Assembly (NCBI GenBank): GCA_951406725.2
Contig: OX597816.1
Location: 86,056,001-86,120,000 of the forward strand
Length of the DNA: 64,000 nt
Direction: 5' to 3'
Source of the DNA: Octopus vulgaris
Lineage: Eukaryota
Part shown: piece by piece, positions 25,306-41,175 of the stretch
How the letters are laid out: the number at the start of each line of letters is the position of its first letter
Numbering within the stretch: position 1 is the stretch's first letter
Notes under the pieces: generated by a model
Databases searched by the model: none
What the model saw: the letters and a program-made list of their open reading frames with translations, nothing else
Told to the model about the DNA's origin: nothing
Position numbers and translations under genes: made by a program

Positions 25306-27400
25306 TAGAAAACGAAGGTGGCACCAAAGAGAGCAAAGAATTAAATCTTCGGTTGCGAGCATAGACGATTGCTAGCAGCGGCCCTCCAAACCTCATCGCT
25401 GCTGCACTGAAGAACTATGGCTTCTGCAGAACCATTGAGCAGATAGAGCGGAAGAAAAATGAACTCATCCGATCCTATGCCCTTATCAGACCACACATTG
25501 ACACTCTTGATGTCATCATGGAAAACTATTGACAACGAAAAAATATACAAATGCAGTGTACTCTTCAGATGTTATGCGCAAGGCAGCAGATGAGCAAGAG
25601 TCATTTTGTGCATGACACTAAAGATTGTGCAGCAGCTGACCTAGCTACATCAAGTGGAAATAGGGAATCTTACCCTCCACTGTACAAGACTACCGCAATC
25701 AACAAGCACGGAATGGCCTCGCCTAACGCCTGCACAGTTGTCATGCAAATATTATCACTAACAATTGGGGACCTGTTGCATCACAACAAGAAAAGCAATT
25801 TTTTTTCCCGAGAGACCTTGCTGCGTGCAGTCAAGTCCCATGCATACACTCGCGAAAACTCATCTGAACACTGATATACAGGATGCAGAAGTACACAAGC
25901 AAAATATACCATACTGCGAACAGACAGAAGGGGAAAGAGCCATGGTGTAGTTGTTATATACATCAGTGAAGACCTCACACCTTAGGTCTTAATGTCATAA
26001 TCAAATTCAGTATGGTAAACTCTAATTGTATACATGAGACAACACAATATAGTCATATGCAATAGATATTGCCAACCGTATGCTCCAAACCACATAGGCA
26101 AAATTGAAGATTGCCGCACAAGAATTAAAGAAATACTCATAAAACTAGAACATCACGTGAGAGTATTTCTTATGGGTGATTTCAACTTCCCGAAAGTCAA
26201 ATGGTACGAAGGCCTCATGCTCTCAGGAATGTCTCATTGCAAACAAGCATAGGTGGAGCTCCTGCTGAACTTCACCAATGCCCTATTCATGGAGCAAGTT
26301 GTACTCAGACCAACTAGGGCAACATAACTTTTCCGATCTCTGTTTGACAAACAATACAGACGTCGTTCACTATGTGAAAGTGACGCCAATATATTTTTCG
26401 GATCACAACATAATAGAGCTGTCTATGTATGAAGTAAAAGTAGACAGAGACATACAGCCTAAAGGAAGCATCCAAAATCTCTCCAATCTGAACTTCCACA
26501 AAGCAGACTGGAAATCAATGCAAAGACATCCTCTGTCAGAAATGGATGAAATGTCTCTCCACACCAGACACTGACATGAAGCTAGAGTATTTCATGTGTG
26601 TTATGCCAGAAATATGTCCCAGAACATAAGGTCAACACAAAAAGGAACAAGATTCCATGGGAGAGGAAGATACTCATGAAACGGTGGACGAAGGTTGCAA
26701 ATCGCTTCAACCAACATTTCAAAAGTAGTGAACGGTCCCGCCTAAAACAACACTCATGGGGATTGAAGAAAAACCTGCAACAATCCTATGTGATGGAGGG
26801 AGCAAACAAAGAAGTCTGGGTTATAAAAAAAACATTAAATCAAACCCAAAGGTCTTTTTTCATTATGCCAAATAAACAGCCTGAGAACACTGCAAAATAG
26901 GACCCCTCTTCCAAACAGATGGCTCCCTCACACGTAGTCCAACCAGGATCAGTGGGGTACTGAATGACCACTTCAAAAGTGTATATACTACCCAATTGGA
27001 ACACAGACAAGTGAAAGAACCAGTCGATTTATTTGCCGCCTCACTTATAACCAGCGAGGCAGTTACGATGGATTACATCGACATTAACGAGGAAGATATA
27101 CTACTGGCCATAGATGAGTTGGACGCAAAGTCAACTGCTGGTCCGGATGGTTTCTCAGCAGTCCTCCTCAAATCGTGTAGTCGTGCCCTCGCGAAACCAT
27201 TACAGATTCTCTTCCAGAGCTTTCTTGCAAATAGCAGGCTGCCAAGCATACTAAAGGAGGGAATATTATGCACAATCTATAAAGGAGGAAGCAGAACAGA
27301 TGCCAAAAGCTATACTCCCATCTCTCTGACTTCTCACATCAGTAAAGTCATGGAACGGATAGTCAGAGGGAAAGTAATCGCATTCCTTGAAGAAAATGGC
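25305..27400 (+). mobile_element. CR1-like LINE 5' part (APE plus start of RT), decayed and 3'-truncated
   Basis: APE motifs FLMGDFNFPKVKW, DLCLTN, SDHNII. RT N-terminal AGPDGFSAVLLKSC and IYKGGSRTDAKSYTPISLTSHISKVMER. Confidence 0.9.
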
Positions 27401-29493
27401 ATAAGATATGAGTTCAAAGATGGTGACGTGTTTTAGGATGGAGAATATAATGAAAAATTGATGGGGTATGCTCATCACTAAAATGACAGTATTCCGTATG
27501 TTGGCTTCACAAAGTAGTACATCAACTCCCTCTTTTTGTCACATACCCACGTGTTCTCTCTCTTTTATTATTACTCCCACTGCCACCATCAACACTGCTA
27601 CTTTTAATAAAACATCATCAACTCTCACTAACTTCCTTTGTCTTTCTTTCTCGCCCACTATTATTCTTTATCTCACTCGTTCTTTCTCTGTCTTGGCCAC
27701 CACACACATCGTCTGTATGTCTACTATTACTCTCACCCCTATCTTGAGGAATAGTAGGAGTTTCATTGAATAGTGATGGAGGGGCTCTAAGTGTGACACG
27801 CTGACATACAAAAATTAGTTTTCGCATTTATTATATCATATATATATATACATATTAATATAATCACGTATTCCCGGCACTCAAAGCGATGTGCAAAAAC
27901 AACAAAATATACACTCGCACCACACAAAAAGACACAAGATAAACCTTCATGAATTGAGATCTCATAATACAAAGTTATGAATGAAAACTTAAGCTAAATA
28001 AAGATAAGAAATCTAATACAAAATGAGAAGTGCTCTAACTCCATCTATTTACCCCTGTAGGGATATATGTATGTGTATGTGTGGTTGTGTGTGGATTTAA
28101 TATATATATATATGTATATGTATAATGTACGCATATGTGAGCGTGCGCACTCACATGCAGAAATACTATAAAACGTATATTGATGACTAATCAAATAATT
28201 GATACCTCGAAGCCAGTTTGCATCGCTATATTTTTGTTTTTTATTTGCTTCTGTTCTGTGAGTGTGTGCGTGCGCGCGTGTGTGTGTGTGTGTTTATATT
28301 TTTATGCTTTACAGTTCAAGATATCGAATTTCCGTCTGTTATTTCTTTCTCGTTTTCATTTCTATTCTCGGTTTATTCAAACAGTTAAATAAAATATTCA
28401 CGTCGGGGAACTAAATTTTTATTCCATTTAAAGTTTATTTCAAATAATGATTCCTAAGTGTGCCAGTATTAAATGAATTGGATTTGTACACCATTTTCAC
28501 CGATCCAAACCCATTCCTGCATACCTGGTCTTTTCCTCCCTCGTTGTATAATAACTCACTGAAATTGTGTGGGTGTTCTCATATATAAATGGTTTATATG
28601 CCTTACTGTTTTATCTAATATTGCATGCGTTATAAATTTCTTAAATTTATCAATGTAACTGTGCCCCAAGTTCGATTTGTTTCTAAAATTTTATTTACTA
28701 TCACTGATATATTTCAATTTTTAATATTTATTGACTAGGAAGATGTTTCATTTTGAAGTATTTGATTACAGAAAGAAGTTTCTTAATTTTATTTCAATCA
28801 GTAATTTTTTAAAATGAGAGATGCATGCTTTGCTCCCCACTCTCTCTCTCTCCCTCACAACACACACATGCGCGCGCACACGCTCAAATAAAAGAAACGC
28901 ATATATAAACATACACACATTCATATTCTATTTGCATGTATATGTATTTTCTTGCATTTATATATGCTTCATTTTCCCCAAATATTAATGATACACAATT
29001 GTGAAAAAGAGAAATTAAATAAGGAGATTCATGAAATGTGTAAAAGCCAACGGCATTGATATCATGAAACGAAAGGAAATAAGAACCTTACAAAAATATT
29101 TGGAATTTAAAGAAACGCAGTTATACATTCATTGAGGCCAACGTATGCTTGTAAATGCATTTGAATATGATAATGAATGCTGTGATCGTTAATTCATATG
29201 CTTCATATATGAGGGTGGTTGTTTCAAATCATATACTGACAGTCGTCACAAGAAGCGTTTTAAGTATAACATCTGCAATTGCACTTCTGAATGAACTATA
29301 AACAAATATAATAGAATGGTAAGTTAATGGTTAAAATGTGAAATAGATTAAGAAATAAAAATCTACACCTTAATCTGCCTCATTGGAACGGTTTTATTTT
29401 TCTTTGTATCTCTTAGCATCCACATCACTTTCTAATTTACCTTAAATAAACTCAACTTCTTTCTCTTAATAAGCACAAACACACCACACACAC

Positions 29494-29557
<64 letters not shown>

Positions 29558-29799
29558 TTGATGTGAATTCGGTGGGAGAGTCATTACTCCAATAGCAATA
29601 TTACACGCACACGTTTATTACCACGTCTAGCTTGTTAGTTGAGTGGTTAAATATCTAATCAATTAACTAATCAATCATTTGTTTATTATGCTGGTTAAGC
29701 AATCAATTGATTATTCTTTGTAAGTCTAGTACTCATTCTATCGATCTCTCTTGCGGAACCGGTAAGTGACGGGGACGTAAACACACCAGCATCGGTACA

Positions 29800-31080
29800 G
29801 TAGCATGACTTGCAACGTCTCCAGATGGAGGTACCAATCTGCGATTCGTTCTGATCGCATAAATGACCTCAAGATGTTTATCATCTTCATGTGTTGCAGC
29901 GAAAGACGTGCAGTATGCTAGCTCGATTCCAACATTTCCCTCTGTGTCTCAAGTTTCTGTTGTAGACCGTGCAGGTACAAAGACGATTCTACATCATTGA
30001 ACGTGATTTCACTAGAGAGTGGATCATCCTAAAGGTTCCCTATCGTCTCCAATTCCAGTGTCACACTGTCATTAGATAAAGAGAATTGATCCGTAACACG
30101 CTGCTCGAGAGAAGCGTGTGAAAGACGAAATCTAAAAGGAGATGACGACGAATGACAGGAGCAACTGCATTTCCTTTAAGCATACGGGTAACAGGGTTCA
30201 TCAGCGGTGATCACTTCCAGGATTTCTTGAAGGCTTATTCCTTTCATCAAAGATTTAATGCTATCCAGAAAGCTCATTAGTATTTGAAATCCCCTATTTC
30301 TTGAACTAATCGGATGTAGATCACTGTCCACTCCAGCACTTTCCACAATTGTAGTTACCATGAACCACAAAGGCTGGTCAAAAGTGAGCACTGGTGTTGC
30401 TCTATAGCGCTTGGCATGCTCTGCAACGAAGTGTAAGTTAGAGTTGACACATGTCATGTCACTCGGTTTCATATCAAACAGGGAAACGAACATGCTGGAT
30501 GACTGACCTCAGTGGTCTCCTTTGTTAACCATTTCCATGTATCCTGTCCATCCTGATATTGGTAACTGGACAGACAGGAGATCTACCTTGGGGCTGCGTT
30601 TGGGATTCTCTGGCCGATTTTTATAACTGATATTAACAAGTTCATTACCAAGTGTGCTGATGTGTTCTACAGCGGCGATATTCTCAGCAGTCACTGACAC
30701 TTGTTTTACCACTGAGGTGCCATCACAATTGAGTGTTACAACCGTTATAATACCTATTCCATGGAATGTCCCAGAGCCGTCAAGTGTCATAGTGTCATGA
30801 TCCACGTTTTCGGCCACCTATTGAACAAACTGTCCAGGGAGGAACTCCGGAATGTTCAATCTCTGGTTGACAGCTGCACTTTGTTCATATTTGTGCACCT
30901 CTGAATATGAACTACAGAACCCATGCATTTGTACACCTAGAAATAATTGCAATGGTGGAATTAGAACTCTAGGGCGGGTAGCCTGCATTATATCTCACTC
31001 CACAATATTAGTACGCCTCTTCATTTCTTGAGTACGCTGAGGGTCTGCGTATTTTCTGAAACAAAGATTTTACAGAGTTA
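29800..31080 (-). mobile_element. Academ-like DNA transposon remnant
   Basis: IMQATRPRVLIPPLQ, AENVDHDTMTLDGSGTFHGIGII, SGWTGYM, DMKPSD, TPVLTFDQPLW, GFQILMSFL. These motifs are recalled from metazoan Academ-type transposases; the superfamily call is not verified. Confidence 0.65.
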
Positions 31081-31138
31081 GCAAAAAATGCAACAATGAC
31101 CATAAAACGGTATGTCCTCACATACCTTACGCATCCTG

Positions 31139-31149
<11 letters not shown>

Positions 31150-31224
<75 letters not shown>
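31150..31224. repeat. (GT)n microsatellite
   Basis: Seen directly. Confidence 0.97.
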
Positions 31225-31227
<3 letters not shown>

Positions 31228-33298
31228 CAGTGTGTGTGTTTCAGTGTGTGTCTGCGCGCGAGTGTGTCTGTGTGTGTGTGTGATAAAACACACACACACA
31301 CCACGATAACACACACATAAAGCATTCCTCCGAAAAACAAAAGCACAAAAAGAGCAAAACAAATGCCAAATAATTCCAGCGTAACTCTCTGAATAATCAT
31401 CCATAAAAGACATTTAACCACTAAACCATTTTTTCTCAATAGAAAAAGAAAAACAGAAAAATGTGTTTGACAATATATTCCAAAAACACACCTACACACG
31501 CTCCATGAATAAGAAACTTCACATTGAATTCAAAAGACATCTTTTCAATAGAATTCCTGAAATTTGAACTCTGAACCCTCACCCCAAACCTATATAGACA
31601 AAACCTATATAAGAGAATCACTGTAAAATAGTGAAAGCAAAATTTCACTAAGAACTCGAATATGGGTACAAACTGTTAAATACCCATTTTTTCCCCCTCT
31701 GATTACCAAAAAAATTCTTTCTAACATTTGAAACCGGTTATATTTTAAATCACTCACTGTAACAAAATTATTCAATATTCTCTAAAATATACTTCTGTTC
31801 CTTTTCTTACTTTACTTTTTTTAACTATAAATTTTCATATCTATGGACTCTTAACTCCTCTTCAACTTCACACATACACACACATCTAGGAGTAGTGAAA
31901 GCGAATGATGAGAATTAAGATGCTCTGCTTCGAAATTCGAAATTACCGGTGAATTAATTTCAATTAGAAACTGTATGAGCAAGACAAACAATGGGTTAGA
32001 CATTAACAATAGCTCAACGAACCAACGAAGGAAAGCCTCTACATTACAGATCCAGCCGGTAGAAATGACGGCCAATCAACGTTAAATGCAGTAGCCTGTA
32101 CACCTTTACAAAGAACACATTAGACACAGTAGTATTGGATATACAGACAAAAGCCGGTATATCTAGGTGGTCATTTTCAGAATATCTTATATGCGTCTGC
32201 ACTATCTGGATTGCACTAAAGTTAATCAGTAATAATAAGTGTAATAATGCTTAAGATGTGTTTTCTTATGATAATATGCCATGTAAGGAACAGAGAAAGT
32301 TCATGTTTAATTTACCTAGCTAAAGGTCCACCAAAGCATAGTTTGTCATATTCATAAAATATGAACTAGACATCGAATTATGTTGGACTTGGAAACATTA
32401 TTTTCTTAACGGCGTCTATCAAGAAATGAGAAACACAAGTTTATAATTGAGTCATTTCACCCATTGTTAATCTGTGTCGAGTAACAATAACAAATTCAAT
32501 TATTCAACATGTACCTGGTCACGTAGATCTGTTTGAAATAGTCGGCTACTTTTACTCAGGTGGTAAGACTACATCCATATTAAGAACAGGATACACTAGA
32601 CATTGTTGTCGTGCATAAATCTATGATTAGGTGATGGCCGTAGTTTGATACTGTGACTGTTTCTTCGAAGTTGGCTTGTCTCTCAAAAACAACACTGTCA
32701 TATAGAACGGTGTTGATTCATGTTGGTCACGTAGTACCGTAGAGTGACATTAGCAACAACAACAACTTATAGAGAATATTGTCGTTGCTTTTTCATATCA
32801 GTGAATGATCTCAATTTCTAAAATAGCGTTGTTGGTGTAAATTGAGCAAACGTTAATATAAAATTGTTATGAGATTTATCAACTCCGTAACGATGAAAGC
32901 ATAATCTAGCATCGTCGGTTTCAGTTCAATATATGAGAGTAAGTAAACTTTTCGCCCCGGTCATTGAATTATCAAACATGATAAATACTTTTAATATTTT
33001 GTCTAAATACGGAATGATAGTGTACAAAATGGAGAGGTCAAAAGGGAAAATGCTATAATAACACTAGCAATAAATCTCATCAAACACCAAGCCGAAGTTA
33101 GACATCATTTACTGACATCAAAATGGCTATTCTTTCTTTCAGCATGTGTGTTTACACACGCGGACACATAGGTAGGCACATATACCTAACAATATATGTG
33201 TGTGCGTTCATACATAATATATGTATGTGTATAGCATATGTATACATATATATATGCATACATATATATATATATATGTACACATACACACATACAAG

Positions 33299-33396
<98 letters not shown>

Positions 33397-34779
33397 CATG
33401 GAGAGAGACACACGCACACACATATGTATTCATACATACACCTGTCCATAGGTGCAAAGGTACATTTATGTTTTACGAAACCTGTATATAGCTGTGTATG
33501 CATACGCACGTAAATTCTGGCCTTTTAAATAACCACGCAATAAATGCTCTAGCCTTCTTAGGAATCAGATAGATGATGTTGCACTCAATTAAATTTTGTA
33601 GTTGCGGTGGTTTGAATGGCAGTACGAGTAGTGTTATTAGCATGGCTTGCAATGATGTCGGTTGCGGCGGAAATGTATTAGAGTTAGTGATGGATTCCAG
33701 GATAGATCTCTTGATTTTATAATTTTCACTTCATTCGTTGACTGATGGCTTCGGAAGCAATATTGATGCTCACTCTGTAGTATTATACTATTTTTGTTAC
33801 TTTTGTTCTTTATGGTACTGGTAAAAATGTTGATGGTGTTTTCATTTGTGTGACTGGTTATTTATTAGTAGCGAAATGCCCAGTGATTTAAGTTTATCTG
33901 GAATAATCTGTCAGCTGTTGTAATGTCCTTTGAGATATTAAGGCGATATTGTGTTTTTCTTTCTTTTTTGTTTCCAGACTATACTTAATTGTCTATGATG
34001 CACCATTCACACGCTATACACGGTATATATTGTGAGATTTTTGTGAAAGAAGGCACGGTATATCTGGTACAAAACTGATAGTGAATTGAGTGATTTCAAT
34101 TCTTGCTGTTTGAGATAGTAGTAATGATGGTAGCTGATGTAGGTATAATACTTGTGGCATTGCTGGTACTAGTGTTCAACACGTGGGAGGTGAAAGTGAT
34201 GCATAGCTATGAATAAAATTTTGAGAATTTTTGTGTTGTGGAGTATGAGGAAAATTTAATAACAATTATAATACTGGTTATGCAATAGAGTTGCGTAATT
34301 ACTTCCAAAAATATTACCCATTATTATTAATTAAAATGCAACAAATCAAATGAAAATCTAATGATAAACGTTGGAAGATTAACTGCGTAAATAATATTTG
34401 TTTAATTCATTGAACTGTATCACATGTAAATTATATATTACTGACGTTTGTAGCAATATAAGAGCTCATACCTCACGCAAACAAATGTGCCTGGTATTTA
34501 GCAACAATGCAAAATCGTGGAAATGAAGCCCGTATCGTTTTGCTGATGATGAAAATATGCTTTTAATTTCAAGCATAAAAAGACCAAAAGTCGTCCGTGA
34601 AATCTAGATAATTTTATATACAGCTACTCGAGGGAAATATTGGCCAATCCCAATGAATGACCGGGCTATGATCCTCATGTCACAAATATAACAGTTAAGC
34701 GTAACCGTATGATAGGGATGTGTTTATAGTTTATATATTTAAAAAAAGTTCCACCCCACAAACAGGCTATTATAATATA

Positions 34780-35000
34780 TACGAGATACTGCTGAAAAGT
34801 TCTTGGATTTAAGGGCTATCGTGAGAGGTTGGTTGAAAGCGCAAACTTCCGATTTCTTTTACGGGGTTTAGAAAAATTTAACGACCACTGCAATAATTGT
34901 GTGAACCTGAGATGGGAATATGTTGCATAAAATCATAATTAACTTATCCTCTTGCATTTTCTTTTACCCAAAGCCAGGGGCGCTTGGATACTTCCTCGCA
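34780..35000. mobile_element. Degraded mariner-type MITE
   Basis: Imperfect terminal inverted repeats tacgag..tgctgaaaagttcttggattt and aaagccagg..cctcgca. Confidence 0.5.
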
Positions 35001-35152
35001 TGTGTAACATTTAAAGGATAACAGGGCTGGTGCATAACGCTAGTTCACAAAAGAGTAACTAAAACGGAATGAAATATCATTGAAACGAAATATTTTACAA
35101 TTAGAGATGCGTGCTTCAAAAGAATCAATATAGTGCACAAAAGTTCACAGTC

Positions 35153-35155
35153 ATG

Positions 35156-35187
<32 letters not shown>

Positions 35188-35280
35188 TGTATGTATGTAT
35201 GTATGTATGTATGTATGCATGTATGTATGTATGCGTGTATGTATGTATGTGTGTATGTATGTATGTATTTATGTATGTAT
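35153..35280. repeat. (ATGT)n microsatellite
   Basis: Seen directly. Confidence 0.97.
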
Positions 35281-36559
35281 AAACCGAAAATCAGTCTTTG
35301 ATTCGTGTTTCAAGTAGTACTTTAACATGTGCTCTCAGGCTGTTCTTTTTGAAAACGAGATATATAGATATGCATGTCGCACCTCTAATCCTATATAAGA
35401 GATTTTCCATAATGCGTCTACGAAAGAAGTTCCTAATTATTCTTCGAGCCACAAAAGAAAGCACGGTTGCTTTGAGGATGTTAAAATATGTCACGCATTT
35501 TTCCTCAAACGTAAGATATAGTTTCAAACAGAGTAATATGCATTTTATGGACATAAATTACCTGATTCACGCTCTATTCAATACATACTACATACCAAAT
35601 TCCACATGATTTTAAAATACGAAGGAAGATATCCATTTAATTGACTATGTGAGCTGGTGAATGTTGTAGTTCTCTTTATGGTTATATATTTTTCCAACCA
35701 TGTTGTCAATAGTACTATATTTTCTTTGCCGAAATGACATTTATTTTCTTTTCGTGCGCAATTACATAATTCATGATTTTGTGATTGCTTTTGAATTTTG
35801 CCTTTGAAAAACTTATCTTACCTTAGAAACAAAACACTACGATTGACAAGAAATTATACATTGAAATTCAAACGAATTTGTTAAAATATATTGTTAAATT
35901 AAGACTGCATTTTGGTATACTTAGATATAGGGTAGATTTCCAGATTTCCTGTGTAAAATAAAATCTGTTCACGAAATCATTTATTTCAACTTTACTTGAA
36001 ACACAGCTAGTAATACCACAATCATCTGAAGCAGGAATAACAACGATGACATCATTATAAACAACCCTACAAGCCACATCACAGTTAAGCCACTGACTAT
36101 TGGTGAAATTTATTCTGTCTCATGTTGAGTGGAGTACTCATTAACTAAAGTTGGCAAACCTCGTAGACATAGTATAGGCTCTCAAAATAAACCCCGGTTG
36201 TAAGTAACCGTAATGACACATCTCTTTATTGGCACATTCTGTCAAACTTAAATTGGAAAACAATGTGAAATAGGCTGGGTCACCGAAAGGTAGACCAACA
36301 GTGCAGGTCGAAATTTAATCCATCCACTCTCTCCAAAAGTTCAGTAGAAAAACAATATCACAATACACACCAAAAGAGAAGAAAAACAACTGCTATATCA
36401 GAAACAAACATTTATTGCTTTTCACTCTAAAGCACGGTTTGTGATTCGATATGAAGCACCGTTAAACGGACTTCAGTATCAATACCGCTTAAAACATCCG
36501 CCCCACAATAAGAATAAGAATAAAAATACAAACAATTTATATCCACAAGAAGATTCCTT

Positions 36560-36920
36560 CCCAACTATATGGTTCCAGGTTCAATCTCACTTTGTGGCAT
36601 ATTGGGCAAGTGTCCTCTTCTATAGCCTCGGGCCGATCAAAGCCTTGTGAATGGATGTTATAGACGGAAACTGAAAGTAGGCCGTCGTATGTGTGTGTGT
36701 GTGTCTGTGTGTGCGTGTTTTTGTATTTGTGTGTCTGTGTTTGTCCCCATCATCGCCTGACAACCGATGTTGGTGTATTTACGTCCCCGTAACTATGCGG
36801 TTCGACAAAAGAGACGATAGAAATAATAGGCTTACAAAGAATAAGTTCTGGGATCGCTTTGACTAAATGTGATGCTCCAACATGCCCGCAGTCAAGTGAC
36901 TAAAACAAGTAAAAGAATAA
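36560..36920 (+). mobile_element. SINE family A, near full length
   Basis: Colinear with about 48770-49140. Confidence 0.88.
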
Positions 36921-39900
36921 AATAATACACATATTTATATGTATCTATATATAGATATGCATACTAATATATATATGTTTGTATGTATACATAAGTGTGT
37001 GTCTGTGTGTGTGCGTGTGTGTGTTTGTGCGGGGTGAAAAGCATGGCGGAAGTGAGGTACGTTCTTGGTCACCACATTTTCACTCTTTAAAGAAAAATTG
37101 GAATGGTTCTTAAATGTAAGTGCTGCGGCATTAACCCCACCATATATGTAGTTGTAACAAGGTAACATGCCATAAGATTCTTGCTAAAACAATAACAAAC
37201 GAATTCTTGTTACGGATTCAAGCTGAAATGCAAAGGAGTTACGCAGATTGCAGTGGAATTACAAATATCGTTGCATTTATAGATTATCGCCATCATTTTA
37301 ATTGTTAACCCTAGAAATGACATGATATACGATTTAATTGACATTGTATTATTTCCTATAAAGATTGATATCCTGACAGTTAATCTGTAATAGCATATTA
37401 TTCCCGATTTTATCAGTAGTAGACTTTCTACCTATCACTATGTCATTGACACTCAGCATATATTCAATTTGAATCAATATGATGTTGTATGATATGCCTT
37501 ATTACCTTCAATGTAATAAAATCTCGGTTAAGTTTCTGAAGCTGATAAAGCATTCTATCTGATTCTAATATAGGTACAGGCCTGGGGTTAGCACAGGAAA
37601 ATAATCAAATGCCTAGGTCCCTGTGCTTGATCGCAACTTTTATTAATACCTAAGTCAAGCATAGTAAATTCATCTCCTCATGAATCAAACACAGAAAGTA
37701 AACAGGTGCAAAAAAACTGCAGGGCATTTTGTCCGACGTGCAAATACATTTCCTCCACTAATAAAACTAATTATAATATAAATATCTCACTCAAATACGA
37801 AGGCTTGGATATAAACTTCCCATCATAAATTTTTGGAACTACAGATAACCAGAATGTTGAACTATAAAAGAAATTTTTATTCGCTTAATAACCACAGATT
37901 TTACAATAAAATAAAAGAACGATTACGAAGAAAGCAACATATAAATATGAGAATTCACACAGATTCACAACATATAAAAATTGCTCTAGACATTTTGCAT
38001 ATATTGCAAAACTACAGAAGTTTGTCAAAATTACAGAAAATCACTTGAAAATAAAACCGATCCCCAAACTAATAATGAAAATAACACAAATCATGTTTAT
38101 AAGAACGTTAGAAAATTCTTTACAAATGCACATGATTAATCGTTATATTGTTGCTACCGTAGATTCGAATTTTAGGCCGCGTAAAGTACTGTTACCCTAA
38201 GAACGAGGCGGCTATTTACTCAAATAAAAATGAGTACCAGTTCAATGCTGCTGCAGCCCTTTCTCGGTTTAGTTGTCATATTCTGGTTGTTCTGCAGGTT
38301 TATGTGAGTGATAGTCGAGAGTGTTGCAATGCTTACTCGCAAATATATCGACACTTCAAACAATTAGCGAAAGCATTGTAGAACTTATCAGATTATTCAC
38401 GTTGGCGAGGAATATCGAAGTAATATTTGAATATAAGTGTTATTGTAAAAATTGTTTGTCGTAATTACATAGGCCTGTTATGTTATCTAACGCATTCAGT
38501 TTTGTTGTTTCCTCATTAGACAGTGAAAAAATCCAAACCTTGTGCATAGATTCTGTATAGAGATATATGTTAAATCGACAGGTGAAGTGCATCATTTCCT
38601 GTTTCAATTAAATGGTTTCTTAATTTTGAAGTGCAAATAAACTCAGACACATTACACTAAGTAGCATAAGAAAATATAAAATTACTAATCTTACTTTTTA
38701 ACGACTCATTTAGTAGACGTCTACTTAGTACGAGACGGACTTATTGGTTTCTAAACACTTGGCAGCTTTGGTAGAACATAAATATGATCAGATGCTTTTT
38801 TTTACAAAATAAACTTTAGCAGTTCTTTTTCTTATTCCTCAATTTCATTCTCCTCCGATAATCTATTTTATTCTTTTTCTTATTTATAAGAGGTATAAGG
38901 CGCTCTTAAATCATGAATTTAGAAAAATCTTATACATCCTTCTAATGATCACATAACAGCTGGAATATATAAGGATTCACAGACATAGGTTGATTAATTT
39001 CGTAGCTGGATAAATAAAAAGATGCTTCCTTACTTCAGATGGAAGGGCTTAGATTTGAGGAATTTATTCATGATGTCTCAATGTATGGTCTAGATATCAC
39101 AGTTTAGCTCTTTGACTCGAATACTTATTTGAAGAACTTATGTCCGTTCATTAAGTTCGAAAATATTCGTCAAAGTCAATAGAATGCTAAGGAAAGCATT
39201 TGAAACTTTGAGAACTAAAACTACATAAAAAAAACACAAAACTTTATAAACACCATCAAAAACAAAGAAATATTGCAAATGTATGAACCCATGTAATCAT
39301 GCATGATCTTGTAAAATTTAAAATTTGCGCAACAGAAACTTGTGAAAGAAATTCAAGTGGAGTGAACATCAATACGTATTTGGCTAAAATGGTGTAAATT
39401 GCAAAATTGTAACAGAATCAAACAATTGTTACTTACAGCTCTTTACATTTCAAATCTCATTACCATTGCAGCCAGTTTTCTCTTTCATTTTCCAAGATCG
39501 ATAAATAAATTACTACTAATATACTAGATTTATTTAATCGTCTACCTGTAGACGAAGTTAGAAATCTATATGCATACTCTTTTATCCAGAAGAAATGTTA
39601 TTGTACTAATAATGTTTGCGACTGAATGCTAGAAACTTAAGCGAGGAAAAAAATAACGCAATTTTAAACTCTATGAACAGAATGAGGTGCGTTAATGAAT
39701 TTTGTGAATGGGCCTAAGAGGTTTTGTTTCAAGATCTATGTATACCTTATACCCTTTTCTCAAGCTAATCAGTCTACTGGAGGCAAAGCATCTCACAAGG
39801 AAGAGTGAGCAACGAATTTTTCATTAGTTTCCAGTTCTGTATGACAGTAAACGAGTTTGAATTTTCAAAAAATTTTCATTTCATAAGAGAATATGAAGAC

Positions 39901-41074
39901 AACGATAATTGCGTAGAATGTACAAAGAGAAAAGAAAAACCTTTAATAAAAAGGGAATTGCATGCATACACTCTTGTATCAGCAGTTCTGTTCTCACAAA
40001 TTGATTCTAATTGCAGGGCTATGAGTCAAGCACAGAGGTATCGGAAGTAGGAGAGACTAGCGCGAACAAATGTTAGAAGATTATTGAGGAATTCCAAATT
40101 GCACACCAAACAAATCTGAAGTGAAGGAGCTTCGTTCAAATCAAGAACTGCTAAGACATACTTGCCAAATATGATAATATATTCAGGGTTAATATAGAAT
40201 ATAATGGTAATGTTCCAACTGAGAGAACAAACCAGTTCATTTACAGAATGTGTTTTGCAGCAAAATTTTGAAGTAAACACAAAGTAGTGAAAATATAAAT
40301 TACATGTTTGTGTGTGTATGTGTGTGTGTATATATATGTATGTGTGTGTGTGTGCGTGCGTATACATATATACACACTACTATATATGGACAGAGAGGGA
40401 GAGAATGGAGTTAGTAACAGGATTCATTAAAATTTCGCCGTGTCACCACGTGGGACGCCAGGAGTCGCGTAAGGATAAAATGAACGCAAATGGGGTTTAA
40501 AATTGTACAACAACCAACGTTTGTTGGATAGGTCGTCCTCAAGGTTTTCTTTGCCTATTTATGTTATACCTGTTTAAAATGTTACCTGAGAATGGTTGAC
40601 TTTTGCTCTGATGTAATTTGTGAGTACATTAATAAAATTGAACCGAGCCATCCGTAGTAAATTTTAGACTCCATTAGTGTATGTGGATATATATAATATT
40701 TTATAAGCTTAAAGCTTATAGGCGATCACCGTGTATTGACCAAGGTAAATAGTTTACTATTTGAGCATATCGGGTTCACACTTTATTTTTTCTAATTTTC
40801 GAAAGTTTAACTTTTGTAAGTTCCCACTACAACCGTGCGCTAATGTCATTTTGCAAACTTCTTTGCGCCGTAACTTAAGGCTGATACGGTTGACTGAATG
40901 TGTCTAGTTCATGCATATATGCATACAAACAGACCATAGCCATTCAACCGCAGGACTACATATAAGCAACTCCCGTCCACATTACCACTTCACTGGTTAA
41001 TCTGAGAGAGACTTGATAGCTTTGGTCTCTGACTAGGCAGAGTGTATGCTATAAACAGTGCACACATTACATGC

Positions 41075-41129
<55 letters not shown>

Positions 41130-41143
41130 ATGTGTGTGTCTGC

Positions 41144-41175
<32 letters not shown>

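Noticed and set aside
24781-25308. 175-aa hydrophobic ORF
   Set aside because: Product of a CT-rich low-complexity tract.
31490-31560. Another TTGAAAA-core hammerhead candidate on the minus strand
   Set aside because: The GAAA box and stem II are too degenerate.
33540-34200. Strand-biased segment resembling a mucin-like exon or PLE N-terminus; similar segments at 5800-6530 and 37830-38110
   Set aside because: Stops in all frames and no diagnostic motifs. Probably ancient retroelement debris but unassignable.
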